A stretch of 64,000 bases of DNA, taken from a virus. Location of the stretch: positions 64,001 through 128,000 of the IMG/VR virus record IMGVR_UViG_3300033182_000538; one strand, 5' to 3'. Numbering within the stretch: position 1 is the stretch's first letter; each line of letters starts with the position of its first letter. Positions 27,116-37,114 of this stretch are shown in pieces. The position numbers and the translations under genes are program-made. A model generated the notes under the pieces. That model saw only the letters and a program-made list of their open reading frames with translations, was not told the DNA's origin and searched no databases.

Positions 27116-28078
27116 CTAATATACGAAATTTTTTATTAAGTTCCAACTGTTTTTATAAGTAGTTTCACTAAAATGTTTGTTATAGTTTTCAACAGAAAGT
27201 TTCGACATTTCTTCATAAAAGTCAGAATCTTCTTTTAATCTCTTAGCTAACTCCTTTGCTTTTTTCAAATCATTATGCTCTACTGATAACTCAGGAAAAC
27301 ATAATCGTTGAGTATTACTATGTATGTTACCAATACAAGGTATACCAAGATAACCACAATTCAAGGAAAATGTTCCACCGATTGTATTTGGATTTAAATG
27401 TACAGCGTACTTAAAGTTATTCAACTCTTTCATCCAATCGTACCATTCTAAATATGGTAAGTGGTTGATATCTTCAACATTTAGTTCAGCCTTATCCATT
27501 CGACCCATTTGAGGAGCTGATATCTTCTCTCCCATTTCCGATGCTACCATATATGAATCGATACCACCATACCATCTCCCCAAATTACCACCAATAATCA
27601 CACCACTACGTTCTACTTTTGGTATATCCTTCAATGAATCTTCAATCATTAGAGTTGGATTGATGTATGTTGGTTTTTCTAATAACCCTTCATAGTATTT
27701 TTTATCAATATCATTATGTGCAAATACAACATCAACCGACATCATTTGATTCAAAAACCACATAGATTCATACAAAGGTAAACTTTGATAGTACCAACTC
27801 GGGCCCTCTTGCATAAAGGCTACCTTCTTACAAATACGTTTCATATCTGAAACAATATCCATATTCATAAAATTCTTAACATTCTTTGGAATGATTAGAA
27901 CACCCAAATCATAAGTTACACCATTTTCAGTTGGTATAGATTTTATTGGGATGTGGTCTGCATCTAAGGCTACGAACCAAGCAAACTCAGTTCTCATATT
28001 CTTGTGGGTTCTTGGTGTTTTACCCATAAACCCCATCTCACTAAAAAATGCTATTTTACCTTCCATACATCTTCCCAA
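27116..28078 (-). CDS. GT-B glycosyltransferase-like protein
   Basis: HKNMRTEFAW, QEGP, GTFSLNCGYLGIPCIG. Confidence 0.7.
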   Translation of the reverse strand: MGRCMEGKIAFFSEMGFMGKTPRTHKNMRTEFAWFVALDADHIPIKSIPTENGVTYDLGVLIIPKNVKNFMNMDIVSDMKRICKKVAFMQEGPSWYYQSLPLYESMWFLNQMMSVDVVFAHNDIDKKYYEGLLEKPTYINPTLMIEDSLKDIPKVERSGVIIGGNLGRWYGGIDSYMVASEMGEKISAPQMGRMDKAELNVEDINHLPYLEWYDWMKELNNFKYAVHLNPNTIGGTFSLNCGYLGIPCIGNIHSNTQRLCFPELSVEHNDLKKAKELAKRLKEDSDFYEEMSKLSVENYNKHFSETTYKNSWNLIKNFVY

Positions 28079-29016
28079 GTTTTAGATTTGTAATTAGGGT
28101 TGAATAAATTGTAAACATTTTGTTCACATAGTTTATTCGCTGGTTTATACCAATTGTGTACACCTCTTTGAGCACCAGTATCAGTCTTATCAATATTTTC
28201 TTCACCCAAGACATATGTTCTTTTGTTTGGGTGTTTTCTATTGTGTACAAGTAATATATTCTTAAAATGATATTGTGGAATGTTACCAAGTACTTTTTGT
28301 GTCATCAACATAAACGCTGTATCTTCGTGTACAAAGAATACTGAACGTGGAATGTTTACTCCTGCTTTGATTACTTCCGATGATATTACCAACCCACAAC
28401 CATTAAATTTGTGTGGAGATACTAAAGTTAAATCAAGGTCAGTAACCTTTGAGTTTATCTCATTCATCTCATCAGCATTCATCTTATATCTAAGACTCCA
28501 CCAATTTTCAGTATCACCTTCTATAAAAGGTTTATCAGTAAAATCAACGTGTTCTAATGGTTTCCAACTATTGTCCCACATTTTACAAATTCCAAACGTG
28601 GCTAAATATTTTGGAGTTCCTTCTGAATAAGACTGATGAAGTAGATTCAAAGACCCAAACATTTCTTTAGGTACTAACATATCAGATTCACCCCATACAA
28701 GAACATCTACTAAATCACAAAAATCTTCGTTAAAGTTTCTACGATAATCGGCTATGGTAACCAATTTATTTGACATCGTGTAATTCGACCTAAATCCAGC
28801 TTCATTCAAAATCTTTTGGATTTCAGTTACAGCCGTTGTTTTGTCAGACACCGATGTAGGTTTCTCCAACTCTTCATTTGTAGTAATCAAAAAGTCAACA
28901 AGAACTTCACCATCGTATTTTTCGATAGCTTCTTTTAAGGTACTAACGTATTCTGAGATTATCCCAACCTCATACCATTGAACCAAACACCCTATTGCAA
29001 ATTTTGTATTACCCAT
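28051..29016 (-). CDS. GT-A-like glycosyltransferase
   Basis: VWGESDM (ExD), VHEDT, VHNRKHP. Confidence 0.6.
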   Translation of the reverse strand: MGNTKFAIGCLVQWYEVGIISEYVSTLKEAIEKYDGEVLVDFLITTNEELEKPTSVSDKTTAVTEIQKILNEAGFRSNYTMSNKLVTIADYRRNFNEDFCDLVDVLVWGESDMLVPKEMFGSLNLLHQSYSEGTPKYLATFGICKMWDNSWKPLEHVDFTDKPFIEGDTENWWSLRYKMNADEMNEINSKVTDLDLTLVSPHKFNGCGLVISSEVIKAGVNIPRSVFFVHEDTAFMLMTQKVLGNIPQYHFKNILLVHNRKHPNKRTYVLGEENIDKTDTGAQRGVHNWYKPANKLCEQNVYNLFNPNYKSKTWEDVWKVK

Positions 29017-29851
29017 CTGATACGGCTCTTCCTTCCATTTGTTCCCAATCTCTATTGTCTCTAACTACATTATTTTTAGAATCAGTAGCCATCAACATAG
29101 TAGGAGTTATCCCTAAACCCTTTGCTACATTAATCATAGCTTTTACATCTTTAGGAAAACAATGACCACCATACCCAAAATAACCATCAGGTCCTGGCAC
29201 AGCCCAATGTGACTTACCCAATCTATCATCGTATGTTGCGTATTCTACGACCTTATCAAAGTCCAAATCTAACTTATTACAAATTTGGTACATCTCATTA
29301 GCAAAGGATACCTTTGTAGCTAAGAACGAATTTGTAACATATTTTACCATCTCTGCGTGTGTAGAACCTGTTTTGATGATGGGTGTAGTAGGAAACACCA
29401 AACGATAAATTTGTTTGAGTAAAGTCGTTCCTTTTCTTGGCCCACCTAAAATAATCTTTGATTGATTCTCAAAATCTTGTACTGCGTTTGCTTCCGTTAA
29501 AAACTCTGGATTAAAGATAATGGTAATGTTACCAAATCTATCATTAAAATTTTCCGTGGTTGTTGGTGGAATTGTTGACTTGATAACAACAATAACATCT
29601 TTACCAACTTCATTGATTTCATTCAAGACCGAAGCGACAATAGAAGTATCACAAGTACCATCCGACCTTTTCATTGGAGTAGGTAAACATACAAATACAA
29701 CTTCGGAAGCTTGGACTACCTCTTCTAAGGTATCCGTATTTCGTTTAGTTTCATCAAGGTCATAAGTTAGAACGCTAAAGTAGTTCTTGAACTTTTGGTA
29801 TATAGCATTACCAACAAACCCTTGACCAATAATTCCAATATTATGTTTCAT
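29009..29851 (-). CDS. ugd: UDP-glucose/GDP-mannose 6-dehydrogenase (lacks C-terminal domain)
   Basis: GQGFVG, CLPTP, KSTIPP, FNPEFL, AEMVKY..N, GYGGHCFPKD; start reassigned to MKHNIG at 29851. Confidence 0.9.
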   Translation of the reverse strand: MKHNIGIIGQGFVGNAIYQKFKNYFSVLTYDLDETKRNTDTLEEVVQASEVVFVCLPTPMKRSDGTCDTSIVASVLNEINEVGKDVIVVIKSTIPPTTTENFNDRFGNITIIFNPEFLTEANAVQDFENQSKIILGGPRKGTTLLKQIYRLVFPTTPIIKTGSTHAEMVKYVTNSFLATKVSFANEMYQICNKLDLDFDKVVEYATYDDRLGKSHWAVPGPDGYFGYGGHCFPKDVKAMINVAKGLGITPTMLMATDSKNNVVRDNRDWEQMEGRAVSDG

Positions 29852-29903
29852 AATAAAAATGTAAATTTTTCTTTCGACACACGATATCGTTCCCAAAATG
29901 GAA

Positions 29904-30530
29904 TTACACGAGGGTGTCGTAATATTCGTTTTGTCGTTCTTGTCTATCGATTGTCTTTGGGTGATATAGAGCCAACTCTTCTGCCCAAGGTAGATTTGAA
30001 ATAGTTTCGTAACCAACGAGTTTCTCGTGTACCTTATTTTCCCAACGAATGGATTCTGAATTTTTATAAATTCTCCATTGAGGGTCTGGAAAGTTTACCC
30101 AACCGTGTTCATTAACCTGCCACCCCCATTTCTGAATGTGTTCTTGAGTTAACCCTTCGACTGTATTTACTCGTGGGACAAGAATTACATCTACATTATT
30201 TGCTTCCAAGATTTCGTGAATGTTATCCATCAAGGTTTTATTTGGGTATTCATCTGCGTCAATCTGAAAGATATAATCACCACTACAATGTTTGGTAAGT
30301 TCATTCTTCAAATCTGCGAAGTGTCCATCAAACTCATATGGGTGCCACACGAACAATGATTTTTCAACATTCATTTTTCGTAAATAAGTTTCGATATCCT
30401 TAGAACCATTTTTTGAATCCCACAAAACCACAATCTCATCTTGTGGTTGTTTGAGTGTCAATAACTTTTGAAGTAATGTTTGGATTTCAAGAAACTCATC
30501 CTTGACTGTAACTGCGTAACTAATTTTCAT
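29904..30530 (-). CDS. Glycosyltransferase family 2 (beta-1,4-glucosyltransferase-like)
   Basis: HFADLKN, IFQIDADE, WENKVHE. Confidence 0.9.
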   Translation of the reverse strand: MKISYAVTVKDEFLEIQTLLQKLLTLKQPQDEIVVLWDSKNGSKDIETYLRKMNVEKSLFVWHPYEFDGHFADLKNELTKHCSGDYIFQIDADEYPNKTLMDNIHEILEANNVDVILVPRVNTVEGLTQEHIQKWGWQVNEHGWVNFPDPQWRIYKNSESIRWENKVHEKLVGYETISNLPWAEELALYHPKTIDRQERQNEYYDTLV

Positions 30531-30533
30531 ATT

Positions 30534-31046
30534 TTATATTTCTTTTAGAAAGTCTGGCATATCATCATCCTTTTCTACTTGTTCCCTCTGCCTTCTTTCT
30601 GCTTCCGATGGAACTCTATCGAATATACCATAATCATAATTGTATACCGTAACCGTAGAAATGTTTTTTTCGACTAATGTTCTATATGCTGTTTTTAGAT
30701 TCTTATTTCTATCTTTACCTTTGATTTCTCTGATGTAAAATTGTTTAGAATTCAAATCCAATTGTAACTTTGTTAAATCTAACTTTCGTACTTTAGGAGT
30801 CCTACTTATAACCTCATCTAACCCCTTAGCCAAATTAACCATATCGGTTAATGTTATATGTTTTAAGTCTAAACAATGAAAGTAAGTTTTAAAATTAGGT
30901 TGTAATACAAACACATAATAGTCACGAGATTTACCATCCACTTTTTTATAACGGATTTTAGCTACCATTCCCCTCTCTAACTTTGTTTTGGGGATTCTGA
31001 AAGCATCTGATAATTTGTTCCTATGTTGTGCCGTATAATCAGCCAT
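30534..31046 (-). CDS. Hypothetical basic protein
   Basis: ORF track; no recognised motif. Confidence 0.65.
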   Translation of the reverse strand: MADYTAQHRNKLSDAFRIPKTKLERGMVAKIRYKKVDGKSRDYYVFVLQPNFKTYFHCLDLKHITLTDMVNLAKGLDEVISRTPKVRKLDLTKLQLDLNSKQFYIREIKGKDRNKNLKTAYRTLVEKNISTVTVYNYDYGIFDRVPSEAERRQREQVEKDDDMPDFLKEI

Positions 31047-31047
31047 A

Positions 31048-32316
31048 TTACACTTTCTTTAGTTTAGGTAATTTCAAACCAACTTGAGTTGGGCCTTGAC
31101 CAGCACTATGAGTGTCAAGTATCTTTGACAATTTACTTGTCATATGTTCCTTCGTAAAGTTAGTTTTTACATAATGTCTATTCTTACGAGATTGCTCGTG
31201 AGCTTTCTTGTAGTTAGTATAAATAGCCTTCATTGTACCAGAAGCTTGTCCATAATTAATTTTAAACCACTTTGAACCCTTTCTAATCCAATCATTAGTA
31301 GCGGATGGATGTACATCTTGTAGTTTACCACCAACTAAAAAGTTGAAGTTTGGATTCAAGAAGTCTAAGTGACCTGACCAAGCAGATACAGCAATTGGCT
31401 TTCCACTTACACAAGCTTCTAACAAGGGTCTACCAAACCCTTCACCGTGAGTAAATGAAACGTGTGCTTTTACCTTCGGATGATTGTATAATGAATTCAT
31501 TTCCTCATCTGATAAATCACCATCAAGGATGTATACGTTAGGTAGATTTTTAGAACCAAGTGAATTACTAATCACCTCTATACGTTTTTTGATTTCGTGT
31601 ACACTTGTGATAGATGGCCCACCAATAGATGTTTTCAAAATGAGAGCTGGTTTTACTTTCTTATTTTTAAATGTGTTTAAGAATGTGTGAATCAGCCCAC
31701 CAACATTCTTTCTATCTTCACCAGGTATACCTTGTAACCAATGACCTACAAACAAGAAAGCAAACGATTCATCTACTTGTGACATCATATCTTTTACAGA
31801 CTGATGTACTTCAAGCTTATGGTCATATATTTTTGAGTCAAATCCTTCAAACAAAACTTCAACGGGTTTGGTAAGACCAATCTCACCGATTTTTTGTTTT
31901 GTCTTATCATCTACTTTATCATATTTAACTGATAATGTTTTTGCCGAATGATTCGAAGATACGATGTTTAAATCCATACGATTACACCCCTCGATAAACT
32001 GAGGACTAGCACTATCCGTTTCAATAACAGCCGAGACTCCAATGTTGAAGTTACCAACTGGTTGGAATTCATTTGGAATTGTAATTTGAATCCAAACATC
32101 CGGCTTTTGTTCTAACTTTAACAAGAACCTTGATGTTAAATCACTATCTTCTTGTGAGAGTGCGTTTTGTGGAGTCTCACCCCACTTTTGAGGTAAGATT
32201 TTGATATCCCACTCCTCTCCCTTAACTTCTATAAGTGACCTAACAAAATCTCTTGAACGTGCCCCATAACCACTTCTCGTAGCGATAGGACAACTAACTA
32301 CACATAACTTTTTCAT
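31048..32316 (-). CDS. Glycosyltransferase family 4 (GT-B)
   Basis: TRSGYG, DRKNVG, HGEGFGRPLLEA. Confidence 0.9.
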   Translation of the reverse strand: MKKLCVVSCPIATRSGYGARSRDFVRSLIEVKGEEWDIKILPQKWGETPQNALSQEDSDLTSRFLLKLEQKPDVWIQITIPNEFQPVGNFNIGVSAVIETDSASPQFIEGCNRMDLNIVSSNHSAKTLSVKYDKVDDKTKQKIGEIGLTKPVEVLFEGFDSKIYDHKLEVHQSVKDMMSQVDESFAFLFVGHWLQGIPGEDRKNVGGLIHTFLNTFKNKKVKPALILKTSIGGPSITSVHEIKKRIEVISNSLGSKNLPNVYILDGDLSDEEMNSLYNHPKVKAHVSFTHGEGFGRPLLEACVSGKPIAVSAWSGHLDFLNPNFNFLVGGKLQDVHPSATNDWIRKGSKWFKINYGQASGTMKAIYTNYKKAHEQSRKNRHYVKTNFTKEHMTSKLSKILDTHSAGQGPTQVGLKLPKLKKV

Positions 32317-33731
32317 ACCTTGTAAATATTAAATCTTTCTCTTGGTTTCCAATTTTCAAAACATCCATCAATAGCATCAATGAATCTTTCACCCATACTT
32401 TCTGATGCCATTCCACTATCACCTGAAATCCACTCGTGACCTTTTTGACCAATTTTTTCTAAGTGTTCTCTACCAGCTCTAAAAGCAAATCCTAACTTTT
32501 CAGCTACATCCATAAAATCACATCTATCATCAAAGATATATGGAGTTACTGGCGAACCTTGAAGTGAACGATTTGATGGCCATACTACATAAGCCCAATC
32601 ACCATATGTGAGTAACTCATTGTTTTCCCACTTTCTCCTATCGTGTAAAGAGCCGTGTTCTACATAATCCTTTTCAGTCAATGGAATACCCATATATTCA
32701 AAACCACATTGGTCTTGAAGACCGCCAGTTACATTTACGATAATTGGTGTACCAGCTCTAAGTGCCTCACACGATGCAAGACCGAACCCTTCGTTTGATG
32801 CGATGTTAAGAATGATATCACCTGAGTTGTAATATAGATTCAAATCCTCGGTTGAGAATTTAGTATTAGTAAACTTGTATTCACCATAGTGACCATTGTG
32901 TTTGATTACTTCAGGTATATCAGTACCATTGTTATCACTTGGTACAGTGTGTAAGAACAAACATACTTTCTTATCTTGATGTTGTTTAGCAAACTCGTTA
33001 AATGCAAGTACTACATCACCTGGCACTTTTCTACGAATGTTTCTATTATTCCATAGAACCACAAAATCAAACTCAGTCAATCCAAACTTTTCTTTGAACT
33101 TCACCAACTTTTCATCATCTGATGGAACTGGTTTGAAAAGTTTAGATACTCCGTGTGGAATATACTTGTATGCCCAATCTTCCTTTGCCATACCATACTT
33201 CTCAAGAGTTCTCTTGTTAATACCATATGTTTGTTTTGAGATTGACATCAACAAATCACAACTTGCGTAGAACGGAGCGTTCCACATTGGGTCTGGTAAT
33301 GAATCCCAAATGTTATAATACATAATAGGACATATTTGCCTAACCTCGTTTTCCATATCATACAACCATTTCCAAAAACGTGGGTCGGTAAAGTGTAGGA
33401 TAGCATCTGGCTTTTCAAGGTTTATCAACTCCCTAAGAACACCAGGATTTCCGTAACCTGTATGTGCGTATATCTTTACATCGGCATCTTCAACACCAGT
33501 TTCCTTTCTCACATCTTCTGAAATATCAAATTTCTTTCCGTGGTCTGGATGTTTTAGTGCCGCACCTAACTGAACCCAATCGTATTTGTGAACAGTTGAT
33601 AGTACAATCTCTTTTGATTGTGTAGCGATACCACTATGTACTCTAAGGTCATCCGAAAGAAGTAGAATCTTTTTCTTCTTCGGTTTATTTGGGTCTACCT
33701 TTTTTAGTTTAGGTAGTTTTAATTCTTGCAT
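32313..33731 (-). CDS. Glycosyltransferase family 4 (GT-B)
   Basis: SDDLRVHSG, NRNIRRK, NEGFGLASCEA. Confidence 0.9.
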   Translation of the reverse strand: MQELKLPKLKKVDPNKPKKKKILLLSDDLRVHSGIATQSKEIVLSTVHKYDWVQLGAALKHPDHGKKFDISEDVRKETGVEDADVKIYAHTGYGNPGVLRELINLEKPDAILHFTDPRFWKWLYDMENEVRQICPIMYYNIWDSLPDPMWNAPFYASCDLLMSISKQTYGINKRTLEKYGMAKEDWAYKYIPHGVSKLFKPVPSDDEKLVKFKEKFGLTEFDFVVLWNNRNIRRKVPGDVVLAFNEFAKQHQDKKVCLFLHTVPSDNNGTDIPEVIKHNGHYGEYKFTNTKFSTEDLNLYYNSGDIILNIASNEGFGLASCEALRAGTPIIVNVTGGLQDQCGFEYMGIPLTEKDYVEHGSLHDRRKWENNELLTYGDWAYVVWPSNRSLQGSPVTPYIFDDRCDFMDVAEKLGFAFRAGREHLEKIGQKGHEWISGDSGMASESMGERFIDAIDGCFENWKPRERFNIYKV

Positions 33732-33779
33732 ATCGTAACTCTCTTGTTTTGTTTGATATAAATATACGAAAAATATTTA

Positions 33780-34124
33780 TTAAATCCTATTATAATCATC
33801 TTCAATTCGGACAATATCATCCTCACCAAAATATGTTCCTGTTTGAACTTCTATGAACTCAACAACTTCATCAGTTTCATTCCAAGCTCTATGTTTTGCT
33901 CCCAAAGGAATATTTATACTTTCACCATAATCTCTGAATACTTTATCATCATCCAAAACTATTGTAAGTGTTCCTTTTGTAACAATCCAAACTTCTTGTC
34001 GTTTATTGTGATATTGGTATGATAACTTTTGTCCAGGATTTACTGTAATCTTTTTGACCTTACATTCAGTCCAATCATAAAGTACTTCATACTTTCCCCA
34101 CGGTCTATTCTCTATAACTCTCAT
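33780..34124 (-). CDS. Mannose-6-phosphate isomerase type II cupin domain
   Basis: RPWGKY, LSYQYHNKRQEVW, KHRA, EVQTGTYFGEDDIVR. Confidence 0.92.
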   Translation of the reverse strand: MRVIENRPWGKYEVLYDWTECKVKKITVNPGQKLSYQYHNKRQEVWIVTKGTLTIVLDDDKVFRDYGESINIPLGAKHRAWNETDEVVEFIEVQTGTYFGEDDIVRIEDDYNRI

Positions 34125-34516
34125 TGTATAAATTTAGCGGTTTTACCACCTCTAACTAATACCCTACTGAAGTGGTTATATTCGTTTCTTTTTATTTCTC
34201 CAAAATAATAAATCTTATCTGAGCCTCTTACAATACAATCATATTGATGTAGAGGTTGTGTTGGATGATATGGTTTTTCGTAGTAGTCTTTATCCATCCC
34301 ACTATACAACGACATTGGAGTATGAGCTGGATTGTACTCTATGTACTTAACACCCATTTCCAATGCGAATTTACGAACCCATTTTTCTATACCATCCGTA
34401 TTACCACGAGTGATGAGAATTAACTCATCACCAAATTTTTGTTTTAGATTCCAAACAAGGTCTTTTATTTCAACCCTATTCTCATACTTCGGACTGCCTA
34501 TTAGTGCTATTCTCAT
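34121..34516 (-). CDS. SLOG-superfamily protein (DUF2493/YspA-like)
   Basis: MRIALIGS...ITRGNTDGIEKWVRKFA; start reassigned to 34516. Confidence 0.6.
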   Translation of the reverse strand: MRIALIGSPKYENRVEIKDLVWNLKQKFGDELILITRGNTDGIEKWVRKFALEMGVKYIEYNPAHTPMSLYSGMDKDYYEKPYHPTQPLHQYDCIVRGSDKIYYFGEIKRNEYNHFSRVLVRGGKTAKFIQ

Positions 34517-35012
34517 TGTAGTTGAGTCTTTTTTGAACCTTTCTCCAATACTTTTCGGTTTGTTTCTTTTGTAGTCCCTTCGGCCCACCATTCCAACACC
34601 TAGCGATTTTCTCATATGTACTTGTTTCGTGATAATGATTTACGATTATTTTAAACATCTCAATAGACTTCTCTCTATCCCATCTATCATCCAATGTATA
34701 TACTAAGTCAGACCCACTCATAGATAAAACTCTATTTACTTCTTTCAACATTATAGGTCTGATTTGTAATACACCAACAGCATCCTCTCTCTTACAATAA
34801 GCATTTTCCTTACCTCTACTTTCAACCCAAATAAGAGCTTCTATCAATGGGGTTAGGTCTCTTGTGGGTTTTGTAATTTTTAGTTCAACTTTGGGAGTTG
34901 GGATTTCAAGTACTACTTCTTTCGTAGGAATCTCAATAATGGTTTGAGGTTCAACGGGATTAGATACCGATGATGTTAAAATAATTGCTGAAATTAAATA
35001 TAAAACTCTCAT
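34482..35012 (-). CDS. Lysozyme-like/lytic transglycosylase with signal anchor
   Basis: LIWVESRG, AVGVLQI, RCWNGGP; hydrophobic N-terminus. Confidence 0.85.
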   Translation of the reverse strand: MRVLYLISAIILTSSVSNPVEPQTIIEIPTKEVVLEIPTPKVELKITKPTRDLTPLIEALIWVESRGKENAYCKREDAVGVLQIRPIMLKEVNRVLSMSGSDLVYTLDDRWDREKSIEMFKIIVNHYHETSTYEKIARCWNGGPKGLQKKQTEKYWRKVQKRLNYNENSTNRQSEV

Positions 35013-35015
35013 ACA

Positions 35016-35957
35016 TTAAGGTTTGATTCTTTCTTTTCTCGGACACAAATCACTTTTATTAAAAGGACAATACTTACAATTCTTGTTGTTCTTTCCGGCC
35101 AAAGCTGGAAACTCACCTTCGGTATTGTAAGAACCATCATCATTGAAAGACTTGGAAATAAACTCATCAAAACTTGTTGTGATGTTTCTCATAGTTCTAC
35201 TTCCGTGAGCTGGTACAAATTGTTGTACTCTCTTTTGAGCGAACATAGCCTCTTCCCATAGTTTTCTTTTGACAATGAAATACCTAACTTGAATCTTATC
35301 GATTGGGTATCCATATTGTTCTGAGAAAAACTTCTTATATAAGACTAATTGTGCGGTTTTTGTTTTATCTTTCTTTTGATACTCGTTCCAACCTTTTGTA
35401 GATGTTTTAATATCCCAAATCTCGATGATACCATCTTCAATGACTTCAAACACTAAATCAAGGAAACCCTTCATCATAATGTTTTTGTTGGATGTGGGAT
35501 AATAAATAGGTAACTCTACCCCAACCAATCTCATTTTCTTGGTGGAAAAGTATTCAGTCCGATTCTTTTTAATAAAGTCTATGATTTGTATACCATCATC
35601 ATAGAACTCATTCATTTCATCTTTGGTTGTAAACTTGACACCATAAACAGCCATCATCTTTTTGTACTCTTTGGCCATCTCATCTAATAAGATTTCATTT
35701 AAGTTCATCTCATTAGCAGCCGATGGGCCATCCTTATACAAAACTTGTAACCAACCTTGAAGTGTTTCGTGCATCGCTGTACCAAACACAAGATGAATTG
35801 AAGGGTCAAAGTCTTTGTGACCATCCATATAAGTCAACTTCCATTGTTTAGGACAATTAGCCCACATAGTGTATTGAGAATAGGAAACTTTAGAATCCCC
35901 CTGCTTTTCCTCGTGGACTGGAAAATTGAATATGTTAGACACCATTGACTTTTTCAT
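35016..35957 (-). CDS. PD-(D/E)XK exonuclease, Cas4/AddB-like
   Basis: SYSQ...CP, GTAMHE, GFLDLV...WDIKTS, QLVLY, CKYCPF...CP. Confidence 0.88.
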   Translation of the reverse strand: MKKSMVSNIFNFPVHEEKQGDSKVSYSQYTMWANCPKQWKLTYMDGHKDFDPSIHLVFGTAMHETLQGWLQVLYKDGPSAANEMNLNEILLDEMAKEYKKMMAVYGVKFTTKDEMNEFYDDGIQIIDFIKKNRTEYFSTKKMRLVGVELPIYYPTSNKNIMMKGFLDLVFEVIEDGIIEIWDIKTSTKGWNEYQKKDKTKTAQLVLYKKFFSEQYGYPIDKIQVRYFIVKRKLWEEAMFAQKRVQQFVPAHGSRTMRNITTSFDEFISKSFNDDGSYNTEGEFPALAGKNNKNCKYCPFNKSDLCPRKERIKP

Positions 35958-36020
35958 CTATATAAATGTAATAAAAAGATTTGAAACCACCAAACCTTTA
36001 ATGTTAAGAAATTGTTAAAG
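35958..36020 (-). promoter_or_regulatory. Extended early promoter repeat, copy 5
   Basis: Sense ttaacaatttcttaacattaaaggTTTGgtggtttcaaatctttttatTACATTTA. Confidence 0.7.
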
Positions 36021-36022
36021 TT

Positions 36023-36430
36023 TTACTTAGCCCACTTCTTTCTTTGGACTATCTGAGATATGATTCCGTATACACTTAAATCTTCGTAAGTGTCTTGGAT
36101 ATTTTCACCAACCTCATCTGGTTCACCTAATACAACTAATTGTTTTAGTCTCTGAATTTTGTCGTTCTTTCTAAACCATAGTCCCACTAATGATAGTTTA
36201 ATATCATCATCAGATTCTAAGTTAGTTCCGACTGAGATGTTACCAGGTCCGTAGTTTCTTTGTTTTTTACAAAAGGTTTCGTACATCTCATCTAAAATCT
36301 TTTTAAACTCTTTTGTAGTCTCAGGGTACAATCTTTCACAATACTCTATTGCGTTTTCTTCTTGCTTATCCTTTTCAACCCTCTCAGAATAATTCACCTT
36401 GTTTTTTCTTTCTTTTATTACTTCAACCAT
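36023..36430 (-). CDS. DUF1599 / nucleotide modification associated domain 1 (MazG-like helical)
   Basis: KKQRNYG, DKIQRL, ENIQDTYEDLSVYGII. Confidence 0.8.
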   Translation of the reverse strand: MVEVIKERKNKVNYSERVEKDKQEENAIEYCERLYPETTKEFKKILDEMYETFCKKQRNYGPGNISVGTNLESDDDIKLSLVGLWFRKNDKIQRLKQLVVLGEPDEVGENIQDTYEDLSVYGIISQIVQRKKWAK

Positions 36431-36858
36431 TTTTTGATTTCTTTTTTATCAACACCAAATTTTTGAATGATTTCCATCACCTCATCTTTGGATAATATTT
36501 CAAGGTAATCCTTGACTTCTCTCTGAGATACTTCAAAATATTTTGATAGGTAACTCAGTACTTTCTCATTGTATTTATCACTACCCTTTGCTTTGATGTA
36601 TTTATCAAAACTTCGTTTCTTAGGTAGAACATCTAAATACAATTTGTAAACATCCCTTGGATTGAGCTGACCAATGGTGTACTTTTGTAACTCATTGACC
36701 AACTCTAATAGTCCCATATTCATAGATAAAAATCTATTGACCATAAATGGTTCAAAGGTTTTTCTATCCATAACCGAAAGAGACTCCCAAGAGGTTTTCT
36801 TCTCCTTTATGCCAGAAAGATGCTGAAATAGTGTTTTAGCTTTCTTCGTTTCCGACAT
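36418..36858 (-). CDS. Clamp loader small subunit (T4 gp62-like)
   Basis: FEPFMVNRFLSM, LPKKRSFDKYIK, YFEVSQRE; adjacent to the large subunit. Confidence 0.75.
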   Translation of the reverse strand: MSETKKAKTLFQHLSGIKEKKTSWESLSVMDRKTFEPFMVNRFLSMNMGLLELVNELQKYTIGQLNPRDVYKLYLDVLPKKRSFDKYIKAKGSDKYNEKVLSYLSKYFEVSQREVKDYLEILSKDEVMEIIQKFGVDKKEIKKWLK

Positions 36859-37114
36859 CTTCGATTAATTCTTTTGGAGTAAATTTAGGGTGTACAGTTC
36901 CACAATTGTTACAAATCACAACTGGAATAGGTAACATAGATGGTTGTCCGTTCGGCGATTGTACAGCCGATACCTCTTTGTACATTGTTAACTCATCGAA
37001 GAAAATACCATCACATTGTGGACAAGTTACATTTTTTAACTTACGAACATCCAAGTTCATAGTTGGGGACTTTGCGTGTTGTCCCATTTCTACAATTTTA
37101 CCTTTTTTAGCCAT
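36836..37114 (-). CDS. Zinc-ribbon protein
   Basis: CPQC and CNNC; between the clamp loader subunits. Confidence 0.7.
   Translation of the reverse strand: MAKKGKIVEMGQHAKSPTMNLDVRKLKNVTCPQCDGIFFDELTMYKEVSAVQSPNGQPSMLPIPVVICNNCGTVHPKFTPKELIEDVGNEES

Noticed and set aside
29852-30016. ORF-track N-terminal extensions (Ugd from 30016; also 2666, 8019, 12627, 15472, 34615, 50681)
   Set aside because: The extensions overlap upstream genes or promoters and precede the family's normal N-terminal motif; downstream starts were chosen
15907-34124. Bacterial O-antigen/capsule locus, i.e. a cellular chromosome
   Set aside because: No flippase, polymerase or export genes; flanked by T4-like replisome and phage late genes; no housekeeping operons
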